Assembly (NCBI GenBank): GCA_014729395.1
Contig: WJJZ01000006.1
Coordinates: 7,090 to 71,089 of the forward strand
Source: Candidatus Magasanikiibacteriota bacterium
Lineage (GTDB): Bacteria > Patescibacteriota > Patescibacteriia > Magasanikbacterales > UBA922
Direction of reading: 5' to 3'
Length of the DNA stretch: 64,000 nt
Each line of letters begins with the position of its first letter. Position 1 is the stretch's first letter. Positions 1-8,217 of this stretch are shown one piece after another. The notes beneath the pieces were generated by a model that was not told the DNA's origin, searched no databases, and saw only the letters and a program-made list of their open reading frames with translations. Position numbers and translations under genes: made by a program.

Positions 1-1521
1 GTAAAGAAATCTTATCTGACCATCACAAATACCGCATTAACTAACAAGACTGTAGTAGGCGGTAGTACTGACGTTCAAGTGTACGAGGGTAAGCTGAGTG
101 CGGGAACATCCTCTGACATCAAGATTACTGAAATAGTGTTCAACACCTATGATGCCAGTTCTGATAATGAAGACACACTATTTAGTGATACCAACATCTC
201 ACAGCTAAGACTCTACATTAATGGTGTAATGGTAAAAGCAAAGAGTGGCTCTATTACTGAAGCTGCAAACGACACAAGTGACGGCTCCATGACATTTAGC
301 GCTCTAAATACCACCATTCCATCCGGAGATACTTATACCGTAAAGATTGAAGCTGACTTTGCTTCAAATCTTAGTGGTACAGGTGAGTTTGCTTTGTCAA
401 TACCAACCGCAGCCAGTGTAACAGCACGAGATCAAGATAATGAACTTCTTACCTCTAGCAATAAAAATACCGTAACTGAAATTGAGTCTAGAGAGGTTAC
501 TCTTGCTGCCACCGGTGATTTGTTGGTTGATATGCAAACCGATGGTACCAACTGGAATAGAGATTTATATCTCTTGGCCGGTAATGGTTACGCCGAAGAT
601 AGATATGCCGGTGAGTTATACTTCCGGGCTAAAAACGAAGATGTGCTGGTAGAAGATTTATATCTTGAAGTTACATCTACAACCAATGCCACTGAAGATG
701 ATATTGAATCAATTTCTTTGGTAGATGGTGACGGTGTTGTGGTTATGACTGAAGCTTTTGTCTCACCAACGACGACATTTGATAATTTGGATTATGTTGT
801 TGAAGCTGAGAGCTCACAATCATTGTATATCTTGATTAATGCTAAAGGTAGTAATGTAGACGGTGACCCATCATCTACTGCCACTGCCGGTCGTAGTATT
901 TCTCTTATGATTTACAATGTTGTGGCTCGTGGACAAGATACCGGTGACAGTATTAGTATGTCTTCAGGTTCGGATTCTCCTGCATTTGGAAGTTACGATC
1001 ATGTACGTGATACTGTTAGTTCCACAATTATGACCAGTGTTCTATCGAGCGCTGTCAATGCCATGTCTGACGGAACTTTGACAGGTGGAAACGGCAAAAC
1101 CGTTGGTAAATATACCTTTACCTTCGATAATGCCGACAACCGCAATAGTGATAACACAGTTGCTACTACCACATTGACCACATTGGTACTAAACTTCGCT
1201 TCTTCTACAAATGTAAGAGCAGACAATGTTCAAGCATATATTGAAGGCGACAGTACCAATAAGACTACCGCTGTATCAGTTGATAGTAATGGTGAAGCTA
1301 CCATTAATCTAACTACCCTAAGCGGTGATTCAGAGCAAGTTACAGGTGTAGTAACACTTGTGATTACAGCCGACGTTACCACTTCAGCTTCTGATGGAGA
1401 ATACCTCCAAACAGAAATTGATGACTTATCTACTGACTTTACATGGGTTGGTGGTGTAAGTAACGGTGGTGACAGCAAGCTAAAGATTTCTGAAGTTATC
1501 GGCGGTACTCTAAGTGAGTAA
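1..1521 (+). CDS. C-terminal part (ORF open at window start) of a large Thr/Ser/Asp/Asn-rich secreted surface protein with about three tandem ~100-aa beta-sandwich (Ig-like) repeats
   Basis: Frame 1 has no stop from nt 1. The GTG at 79 is only the first start-like codon, not a real N-terminus. Low-complexity T/S/D-rich repeats have a recurring pattern (L.L...G...Y.V.I.AD). The stop at 1521 is followed by a hairpin terminator. Confidence 0.5.
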   Translation, partial: VKKSYLTITNTALTNKTVVGGSTDVQVYEGKLSAGTSSDIKITEIVFNTYDASSDNEDTLFSDTNISQLRLYINGVMVKAKSGSITEAANDTSDGSMTFSALNTTIPSGDTYTVKIEADFASNLSGTGEFALSIPTAASVTARDQDNELLTSSNKNTVTEIESREVTLAATGDLLVDMQTDGTNWNRDLYLLAGNGYAEDRYAGELYFRAKNEDVLVEDLYLEVTSTTNATEDDIESISLVDGDGVVVMTEAFVSPTTTFDNLDYVVEAESSQSLYILINAKGSNVDGDPSSTATAGRSISLMIYNVVARGQDTGDSISMSSGSDSPAFGSYDHVRDTVSSTIMTSVLSSAVNAMSDGTLTGGNGKTVGKYTFTFDNADNRNSDNTVATTTLTTLVLNFASSTNVRADNVQAYIEGDSTNKTTAVSVDSNGEATINLTTLSGDSEQVTGVVTLVITADVTTSASDGEYLQTEIDDLSTDFTWVGGVSNGGDSKLKISEVIGGTLSE

Positions 1522-1575
1522 TTAGTTTAAACTCTTGAAGAACGAAAGTTGTTTAAGAATAAACTAAAAACAAAC

Positions 1576-1606
1576 CTCGCCCCCTACAAGGGGCGGGGTT
1601 TTGTTT
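1576..1606 (+). terminator. Rho-independent terminator (CTCGCCCC-loop-GGGGCGGGG then TTTTGTTT)
   Basis: GC-rich 8-bp stem with a T-run, about 55 nt after the stop of the 1..1521 CDS. Confidence 0.65.
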
Positions 1607-1642
1607 ATAATAATTCCACCATAATCAAACCATAATTACTAT

Positions 1643-1700
1643 ATAATTATTGTAAAATTATAGTCCAATTATCGTCTAATTATAGCCTAATTTTAGTAAA
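1643..1700. repeat. Four to five phased 11-bp direct repeats (aattatagtcc / aattatcgtct / aattatagcct / aattttagtaa)
   Basis: Read directly in the convergent intergenic region. The period is 11 bp, about one helical turn. Confidence 0.4.
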
Positions 1701-1760
1701 ATTATTGAATAAGTTCCCTCACCCCATCACCTCGCTCGGGCTTCGGGACAAACAAAAAAA

Positions 1761-1834
1761 CACCATTTATCTGGTGTTCTTTTGAATAGGCCGCACTCAT
1801 GAAGCTGGTTTTACCCATACTTCATAAGTGCGGC
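1761..1834 (-). terminator. Two hairpins downstream of the minus-strand giant lipoprotein gene (14-bp stem GGCCGCACTCATGAAG/CTTCATAAGTGCGGC at 1789-1834; CACCA-loop-TGGTG at 1761-1776 flanked by A/T runs)
   Basis: Inverted repeats read directly. On the minus strand the second hairpin is followed by a T7 run. It probably acts as a bidirectional terminator. Confidence 0.5.
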
Positions 1835-1867
1835 AGGCTTCCTCCTTCAACCCAACTAGCCTACAGG

Positions 1868-4800
1868 CTATATCGGGTTACATGTTGTTGATATTTGAAA
1901 CGGGGATGAGCGATTGTAGAGACCGTCTATTATAAAATAGTAAATAGTCCCACCCGTAGTCTGAAACTCCCAGGAATCGCTATACCCCCCGCTCGCGCCG
2001 GCGGCGTATTTGTCGGCCGAACAATCGGCAGCCAAAACGATAATGTCCACGTCATCAGTCATGTTGTCAATTGTCAGATTGACATTCATATCAATATCAG
2101 TCGTGAATACATACACTCGTTCCGGGCCGTTGTAGTTGACCAGGTTTCCACCGTAGTTTAATCGGTTATTCTCATAACCGATAGTGGAGCCGTTTACAAC
2201 CACTCCACACTCAACAATACCACCACCATACTCCGAGCCTTCGTAGCTCGTGGAGCAGACAGTATCGGAACCACTACATTCCAGAGTACCTTCGCCACAG
2301 GCGGCCTCAGTCTCCAGACAAGGATCAGCCGCGATGTTGTCTATCTCATCATCGCAGTCATTATCCTCGCCATCGCAGATTTCGTCGCTCGGATCAGGAG
2401 CATCGCAATCTACCCAGTCGCCCGAGTCATTGCAGTACTCCAGTCCGGACCCGCACAGACTACTACATTCACGAGTCAGGTTTTCGTCACCATCGTCGCG
2501 ACCATCGCAGTCATCGTCCAGGCCGTTGCAGAGTTCTTCGGGTTCGGGACCGCAGTCGCCGCAAGCGTTGCGTACACCCTCATCAACATCGCCATCGCAG
2601 TCATCGTCCAAGTTGTTACACTCTTCGCTCGATGGACGACCGGGGGTACAGGTACCTTCCGGCTGGCCGTTGACACAGCTGACCACTGCCGTGGCCTCGC
2701 ATTCGCCTACACCACATTCAATGGTATAGTCATCGAGACCTTCGTCAATGTCACCATCACAGTCGTCGTCCAGGCCGTTGCACTCCTCGTCAGACGGCGT
2801 ACCCGCCTCACAAGTGTTAACTTCCTCGCCGGCGATGCATACGATGTTGCCGACAGACGCGCACTCACCCTGACCACAAGTAGTCTCGGGTTCAGCCAAG
2901 TCTTCGTCGGTTTCACCATCACAGTCGTCGTCAAGTCCGTTGCACTCTTCGTTAGTGGGGGTGCCGGGTTGACAGCTGTCTACCATCTCGCCGTTTTGGC
3001 AAGAGAGTAGACCGGTGGAAAAGCACTCGCCTTCACCGCAGCCGGTTTCAGAATCCGGTATGTCTTCATCAGTCTCACCATCGCAGTCGTCGTCCAGACT
3101 ATTGCAGGCTTCTGCTTGACTACCGGGTTCTACCAGAGCTACGCAAACGGGCAAGGCTTCTTCAGCACAGATTTTCTCGCCGTCACGGCAAATGCCGAAA
3201 TTGACTTCAACCGTACAGGTATCGCCCAGTCCGGGCAATTCGTCGGTTTCACCATCGCAGTCATTGTCTTCGCCGGGATTGAAACAAGTTTCTTCTTCCG
3301 GAAGAACCTGCTCCAAACATTGCAGATCCCAAGTATAGTCTTCAAGACACACTTGGTATCCTTCTTGGCAAATTCCAATGCCGCGTGTCTCGGCCGACCC
3401 TTCATAACAGGTCTGGGTTTCAGGATCCTGATCGTCATATCGGCAAGGACAGTCCTCATCAACATGACCATCGCAGTCATCGTCCAGACCGTTGCAGGTT
3501 TCTTCCTGTGGGTCAACCGTTCCGACACAGGTGAAAGTCCGTACTTCATTTTCAGTGGTACAGACTTCGCGACCAATGCGGCAAATGCCGGTACTGGTGG
3601 TTCCGCATTCAGAAGGCTCATCACCGGGTTCAACCGGTGGGTTGCCTTCATCCACCAGGCCATCGCAATCGTCGTCGCGGCCATTGCAGAGTTCTATTGC
3701 CCAGGGGTTGACCTCCGGGTTTGATTCGTCGCAGTCGGCTTCACCAAAGAAGCCATCCTGGTCAAAATCTTCTTCCGGACATGGTACATCCCCGGCCAGA
3801 CAATCTTGATCCAAGCCGTCACCACAACGTTCCGGAGCACCCGGGTACATGGTGGGATCGTCGTCATTGCAATCGGCTGAAAAATCGTACCCGTCCCGGT
3901 CACTGTCATTTTCAGGACAGGCCAGGTCTTCACCGTCGCAATCCTGGTCAATGCCATCACCACAAAGTTCCGGAGCATCGGGGAAAATTCCCGAATCAAA
4001 GTCGTTGCAGTCGGCCTGGGTGACCCAACCATCGCGATCAACGTCATCTGGCCATTCCGTAGTCGCAAAAATGCCGTCGCAGTCCTGGTCAATACCGTCA
4101 TCAGGAATGTCTTCGGCATCAGGATGAACGGAGTTGTCGTAGTCGTTGCAATCCCGTATGGAATCATGTTCGGCATCAGCATAGTAGCCGTCTCGATCTT
4201 CATCCCGCTCATACAACGGATTATCCGCTCTCCCGTCGCAGTCGTTGTCCATTTCGTCGATGACTTCCGGTGCTCCGGGGTATACCAGAGCGTTTTCATC
4301 ATTGCAGTCAAGGATGGCTATCCAGCCATCATTATCAGCGTCGGTCTGGTCGCAAATCAAGTCCTCACCATTGGAATCCTCATCAACTCCGTTGCTGCAG
4401 AAGCAGGGTCGGTTTTCAAAGGAAGTCGGTTGGTAAGGGTGAATATCTTGCGCCTTGGTACTGTCAAGTGCTTCAGAACAAATGATGGACACCCCGGGAT
4501 CGTCCAGATAAATCCGGTACTTCTCTTGAAGAGTGTCGTCATTGTCCTCTGCGTCATTGAAATTCGATCGGAGTGAGTCGTCCAGGTTTTCACAGCAACC
4601 GGGAACAGTCTCACCGGTATCATCAAGACAATGGTAGAAGCTGTCCCCATCCGAGTCGCATTCCGGTCGGTATTCTTCGAGCTGAATGGAAAATTCTTTG
4701 TTCTTTTTCACATTCAGCCTTCCGGAGTAGGTAGCAATTATATCGCCACCGGAGGACATACCTACAATATGCAAATAAATGACAGTACTTTGTGACGAGT

Positions 4801-5059
4801 TAATTCCGACATCAACGGGGTCAACCCTAATGTCGTTCTCAAATCCCGAAAATTCCTCCACTTCAGAGTGGATCTCTCGGTAATTGCCTTCTTCATCCTC
4901 TTTTTTGATAAGAAATCTGAGAAGGACGATTTCTTCAGTATCGATGCCAGCTTCCGCGCTAACATGAAGGATAAACGGATACTCCTCGTCTCCGCAGCCA
5001 ACGATACTTGCAAAAAAGGCCAATCCAAGAATACAAAGAGTGGTTTGTCTAATGCTCAT
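1868..5059 (-). CDS. 1063-aa secreted Cys/Asp-rich repeat lipoprotein. It has an N-terminal lipobox-type signal (..ASIVGC). Residues ~240-470 carry five MopE-like putative metal-binding motifs (DC(N/D)D...PGAPE...D.DCDG) with Asp-rich Ca-binding-like loops. Residues ~458-905 carry eight to nine ~55-aa Cys-rich repeats centred on ECNGLDDDCDGETDE. The C-terminal ~120 aa form a pre-peptidase-C-terminal (PPC)-like beta domain.
   Basis: Long ORF with a strong SD (AGGAGGTG) before the ATG at 5059. Motifs were read from the translation. GC and codon usage (GAC/TGC/GGC) are clearly higher than in neighbouring genes. Confidence 0.7.
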   Translation of the reverse strand: MSIRQTTLCILGLAFFASIVGCGDEEYPFILHVSAEAGIDTEEIVLLRFLIKKEDEEGNYREIHSEVEEFSGFENDIRVDPVDVGINSSQSTVIYLHIVGMSSGGDIIATYSGRLNVKKNKEFSIQLEEYRPECDSDGDSFYHCLDDTGETVPGCCENLDDSLRSNFNDAEDNDDTLQEKYRIYLDDPGVSIICSEALDSTKAQDIHPYQPTSFENRPCFCSNGVDEDSNGEDLICDQTDADNDGWIAILDCNDENALVYPGAPEVIDEMDNDCDGRADNPLYERDEDRDGYYADAEHDSIRDCNDYDNSVHPDAEDIPDDGIDQDCDGIFATTEWPDDVDRDGWVTQADCNDFDSGIFPDAPELCGDGIDQDCDGEDLACPENDSDRDGYDFSADCNDDDPTMYPGAPERCGDGLDQDCLAGDVPCPEEDFDQDGFFGEADCDESNPEVNPWAIELCNGRDDDCDGLVDEGNPPVEPGDEPSECGTTSTGICRIGREVCTTENEVRTFTCVGTVDPQEETCNGLDDDCDGHVDEDCPCRYDDQDPETQTCYEGSAETRGIGICQEGYQVCLEDYTWDLQCLEQVLPEEETCFNPGEDNDCDGETDELPGLGDTCTVEVNFGICRDGEKICAEEALPVCVALVEPGSQAEACNSLDDDCDGETDEDIPDSETGCGEGECFSTGLLSCQNGEMVDSCQPGTPTNEECNGLDDDCDGETDEDLAEPETTCGQGECASVGNIVCIAGEEVNTCEAGTPSDEECNGLDDDCDGDIDEGLDDYTIECGVGECEATAVVSCVNGQPEGTCTPGRPSSEECNNLDDDCDGDVDEGVRNACGDCGPEPEELCNGLDDDCDGRDDGDENLTRECSSLCGSGLEYCNDSGDWVDCDAPDPSDEICDGEDNDCDDEIDNIAADPCLETEAACGEGTLECSGSDTVCSTSYEGSEYGGGIVECGVVVNGSTIGYENNRLNYGGNLVNYNGPERVYVFTTDIDMNVNLTIDNMTDDVDIIVLAADCSADKYAAGASGGYSDSWEFQTTGGTIYYFIIDGLYNRSSPFQISTTCNPI
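2345..3690. repeat. Intragenic tandem DNA repeats of ~150-170 bp (eight to nine copies) encoding the Cys-rich ECNGLDDDCDG modules of the giant lipoprotein
   Basis: Recurring ...catcgcagtcgtcgtccaggccgttgca... blocks near 2511, 2600, 2756, 2912, 3080 and 3470. Confidence 0.6.
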
Positions 5060-5236
5060 ATTGCACCTCCTATATTTGAATGAGCGTGTTATGGTTTATG
5101 TATACAATAACACAAAATAATAGCATATTTTAGCTATTAAGTCAAATTTGTGAAGCTTTTGTCTAGTAGATAAAAAATACCTAAATTAAGGAAAAAACAC
5201 CACAAATAGCGGTGTTTGGTGGACTTATTATGTTTT

Positions 5237-6031
5237 TTAAAGCGAAAAACATTTTGCCATAAGATGAAATTGACCGGCGCGGCCGGATGAACCGTCGACA
5301 ACAATGTAATAAAGAGTGTTTGGTTCAATGGTTAGAAGCCATTTATCTTCATAGTTTTCTGATTGTCCTCCACCAATAAAATTTCCAGAACAGCTTTCAT
5401 CAAAAATAAATACATCCAACTCTTCATCTATACTATATAAACTTAGTTCCAAACCCCTCTCATGGGTACTTTTAAAAGCATATACACTTTCCGGTCCATC
5501 GTATGCAATTCGAATCGGAGGGTAACTACTAATATTATTTGGGTTATCTACAGTTGAAGAAATTTCTTCAATATTACAATTCAGCACTTGGCCGATAAAA
5601 TCAGAACCTCCGAATTGGCTGGAACAAATTAGATTACTTTCTTGACATTCTTCTACACCCTCACCACAAGCAGAATTTTCTTCCAGGCAGGGCATGGGTT
5701 CCACATTATCAATGATTCCGTCGCAATTATCATCAAAATCATTACACGATTCTTTTTGACATTCATGTGATAAATTTTCTTCATTTTGGTCACTATTATA
5801 ATTCGGTGTATGTGTATCGGGTGATGCATCATCTTGCAACGAGATATCATTATTTGATGAGTCTTCAATAGTTTCGTTTATATCCATACTCACACAATGT
5901 CCATAGTGACAAACACTATCGTCCGGGCAGTCATCTCTTGAATTGCAAGTCATTTTTTGTGTATCGTTACAAGCAAGAACAAGCAATACCGACACTATCA
6001 AGACAAAAGTATTGAGTTTTATTTTATTCAC
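5237..6031 (-). CDS. 264-aa secreted lipoprotein (signal ..LVLAC). It is a small paralog of the giant lipoprotein, sharing one Cys-rich CDG-type module and the C-terminal PPC-like domain (Y.GPE.VY.F...D....C....GG....YY...DG).
   Basis: GTG start at 6031 preceded by AGGAGGTG. The C-terminal 110 aa align by eye with the C-terminus of the 1868..5059 product. Codon usage is the normal AT-rich usage of the host. Confidence 0.6.
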   Translation of the reverse strand: MNKIKLNTFVLIVSVLLVLACNDTQKMTCNSRDDCPDDSVCHYGHCVSMDINETIEDSSNNDISLQDDASPDTHTPNYNSDQNEENLSHECQKESCNDFDDNCDGIIDNVEPMPCLEENSACGEGVEECQESNLICSSQFGGSDFIGQVLNCNIEEISSTVDNPNNISSYPPIRIAYDGPESVYAFKSTHERGLELSLYSIDEELDVFIFDESCSGNFIGGGQSENYEDKWLLTIEPNTLYYIVVDGSSGRAGQFHLMAKCFSL

Positions 6032-6183
6032 CTCGCACCTCCTTTGGAAAAGAACAGTTGATTATCTAATTTTAACATCTGCCTATCATGTGTCAACATA
6101 GTACTAATATTTTCCAAATGGTTTGACTGAAAAATGCTATTCATGAGATAATACGGCCGTCAAATTATTTTTTATAAAATTTT

Positions 6184-8217
6184 ATGCATCGAAAAATAGA
6201 ACTATTGATAAAGGGGTTGATAGGGGCAAGTTTTATAATGCCTTTGATAGTAATTCCTTCTTCATATATATTTCCTTTTATTGTGCCAAAAATCGTCTTT
6301 TTTAGAACTTTGGTTCTAATAATGCTTGCCGCTTGTATTATTTTGTATGCAACGAATTTTAAAAAATATAAGACCGAATTTACACCAATCAATATAATTG
6401 TTGGATTGTTTTTTATAAGTTTTGCCATATCCACTTTTATAGGGGTGGATTGGTATAGGAGTTTTTGGGATAATCACGAAAGGATGCTTGGACTTTTCAC
6501 TATTTTTCATTATGTGGTTTTTTACTATATAGTCACTACTTTTATAAAAGAGTGGAAAGATTGGAAATGGCTGCTAAGACTATTTCTATTTACAGGATCT
6601 ATTGTAATGGTTATTGGTTTTTGGCAAAAATTAGTAAATCCGGAATTTCTTCTAAATCAAGGTAGTGGTCGTGTTTCATCAACTTTGGGGAATGCAATTT
6701 ATTATAGTGGATTTGGTCTGTTTTTAGCAGCGATAGGATATATTCTTGCGATAAAAGAGAAAATAAACACTGAATGGTGGTGGTATGCTGTTGTTGGTGC
6801 TGTTATCGGTCTTTTGGGAATGTTTTTAGGTGGGACGCGTGGTACATTCTTAGGTTTTCTGTTTGGCTTAATGGTACTAATTATTTCCTACCTTTTTACA
6901 ATAAGAGGACACAAGAAAGTTAAGCAAGTTTTAGCTGGAATCATGATTATTGGTGTTATTGTGATTGGGATAATGTATATTTATAGAGATACTGATTTTG
7001 TAAGAGATTTTCCGGCACTGGGAAGAGTTGTTAATATTTCTTTAAGCGGTGGCGGAGTTGAGACCAGGTTGATGGCATGGGATATTGCTGTAGAAGCATG
7101 GAAGGAAAATCCTGTCTTGGGCTGGGGACCGAATAATTTTTATTACGCTTTCAATAAATATTACAGACCTGAATTTTTGGAATATGGATACCAAGAAACT
7201 TGGTTTGATAATGCTCATAGTGCAGTATTAAATACATTAGCTGTTCAAGGTTTAGTCGGTTTGATTTTCTATCTGGGATTGTTTGCAATACCGCTATATT
7301 ACACATGGAGGAGTTACAAGAAAGACAAAATCGATGGTCATAGTTTGGGTATTATAAGCGCATTTTTGGTGGCTCATTTTATTCATAATGCTTTTGTTTT
7401 TGAAAATCCAACTTCTTATTTATATTTTTTCTTATTTTTAGCTTTTGTTAATTCCAGGGTTAGTAATGAAAAGAAAGAGGTTGAGGCATCCAAGCCGATT
7501 TCCATAGGCCTGAGTGTTACAGTTAGCTTGATAATATTATTGTTAATTTACTCAACAAATTATTATCCGGCCAAAGCAAACAAAATGAATTTGAATGTGA
7601 TCAGAGGACTTTATAGTGGGGCTGATATCGTTTCCTTGTATAATGAGGCCAGTGAAGTGCCAACACCACATATTGATGATATTAGGAATGATTTTGCCAG
7701 GACATCAGCTCAAGTTTTACCCAGTTATTTTCAAGGCGGTCAAGCTCAGGCCGGGATGAAAATTTTCGATTTGGCTTATGATGAGCTTAATAAAAATTTT
7801 TTATTGCATCCGGCAGATATAAGAATTCATATTCAACGAACACAGTTGTCTTTGCTGGGTGCGCAGATTAAACAAGACAAGAGTTACTTGCTTGATGGTG
7901 AAAGAATGCTGGAAGAAGCTTTGGAGTACTCCCCAAAAAGACAGCAAACTCATTATATGTTGTCTATTATAAAAGTTGAACTTGGAAAGACTGATGAGGC
8001 TATTGCCTTACTTCAAGACACCATAGAAGATAATCCGAAAGTCGGCGAGGGTTGGTGGAGGTTGGCTGTAATCTACAGAGATTCCGGGAATTTGGAAGAA
8101 GCAAAAAATGTATTACGCGAGGCAGAGGAGTACGGAGCCAGATTCAAAAAACAGGGACAAAATATCAAGAACGAAATATTATCTACGCCTGATCCAGAAG
8201 AGATCGATACAAACTAA
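6184..8217 (+). CDS. O-antigen ligase/polymerase-like (Wzy_C/WaaL family) polytopic membrane protein with C-terminal TPR repeats
   Basis: About 10-12 TM helices and a periplasmic loop with a W..NP.LGWG..NF motif typical of the O-antigen ligase family. The C-terminal ~200 aa are TPR-like. Confidence 0.55.
   Translation: MHRKIELLIKGLIGASFIMPLIVIPSSYIFPFIVPKIVFFRTLVLIMLAACIILYATNFKKYKTEFTPINIIVGLFFISFAISTFIGVDWYRSFWDNHERMLGLFTIFHYVVFYYIVTTFIKEWKDWKWLLRLFLFTGSIVMVIGFWQKLVNPEFLLNQGSGRVSSTLGNAIYYSGFGLFLAAIGYILAIKEKINTEWWWYAVVGAVIGLLGMFLGGTRGTFLGFLFGLMVLIISYLFTIRGHKKVKQVLAGIMIIGVIVIGIMYIYRDTDFVRDFPALGRVVNISLSGGGVETRLMAWDIAVEAWKENPVLGWGPNNFYYAFNKYYRPEFLEYGYQETWFDNAHSAVLNTLAVQGLVGLIFYLGLFAIPLYYTWRSYKKDKIDGHSLGIISAFLVAHFIHNAFVFENPTSYLYFFLFLAFVNSRVSNEKKEVEASKPISIGLSVTVSLIILLLIYSTNYYPAKANKMNLNVIRGLYSGADIVSLYNEASEVPTPHIDDIRNDFARTSAQVLPSYFQGGQAQAGMKIFDLAYDELNKNFLLHPADIRIHIQRTQLSLLGAQIKQDKSYLLDGERMLEEALEYSPKRQQTHYMLSIIKVELGKTDEAIALLQDTIEDNPKVGEGWWRLAVIYRDSGNLEEAKNVLREAEEYGARFKKQGQNIKNEILSTPDPEEIDTN

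Noticed and set aside
79-81. GTG at 79 as the true start of the first CDS
   Set aside because: The reading frame is open all the way to nt 1 with no stop. The protein clearly continues upstream of the window.
2250-4650. Many antisense and alternative-frame ORFs (2250..2729, 3116..3724, 3694..4311, 4124..4576 and others) within the giant lipoprotein gene
   Set aside because: They are a by-product of the GC-rich, repeat-rich coding sequence. The single 1063-aa minus-strand frame has a signal peptide, an SD and coherent domain structure.
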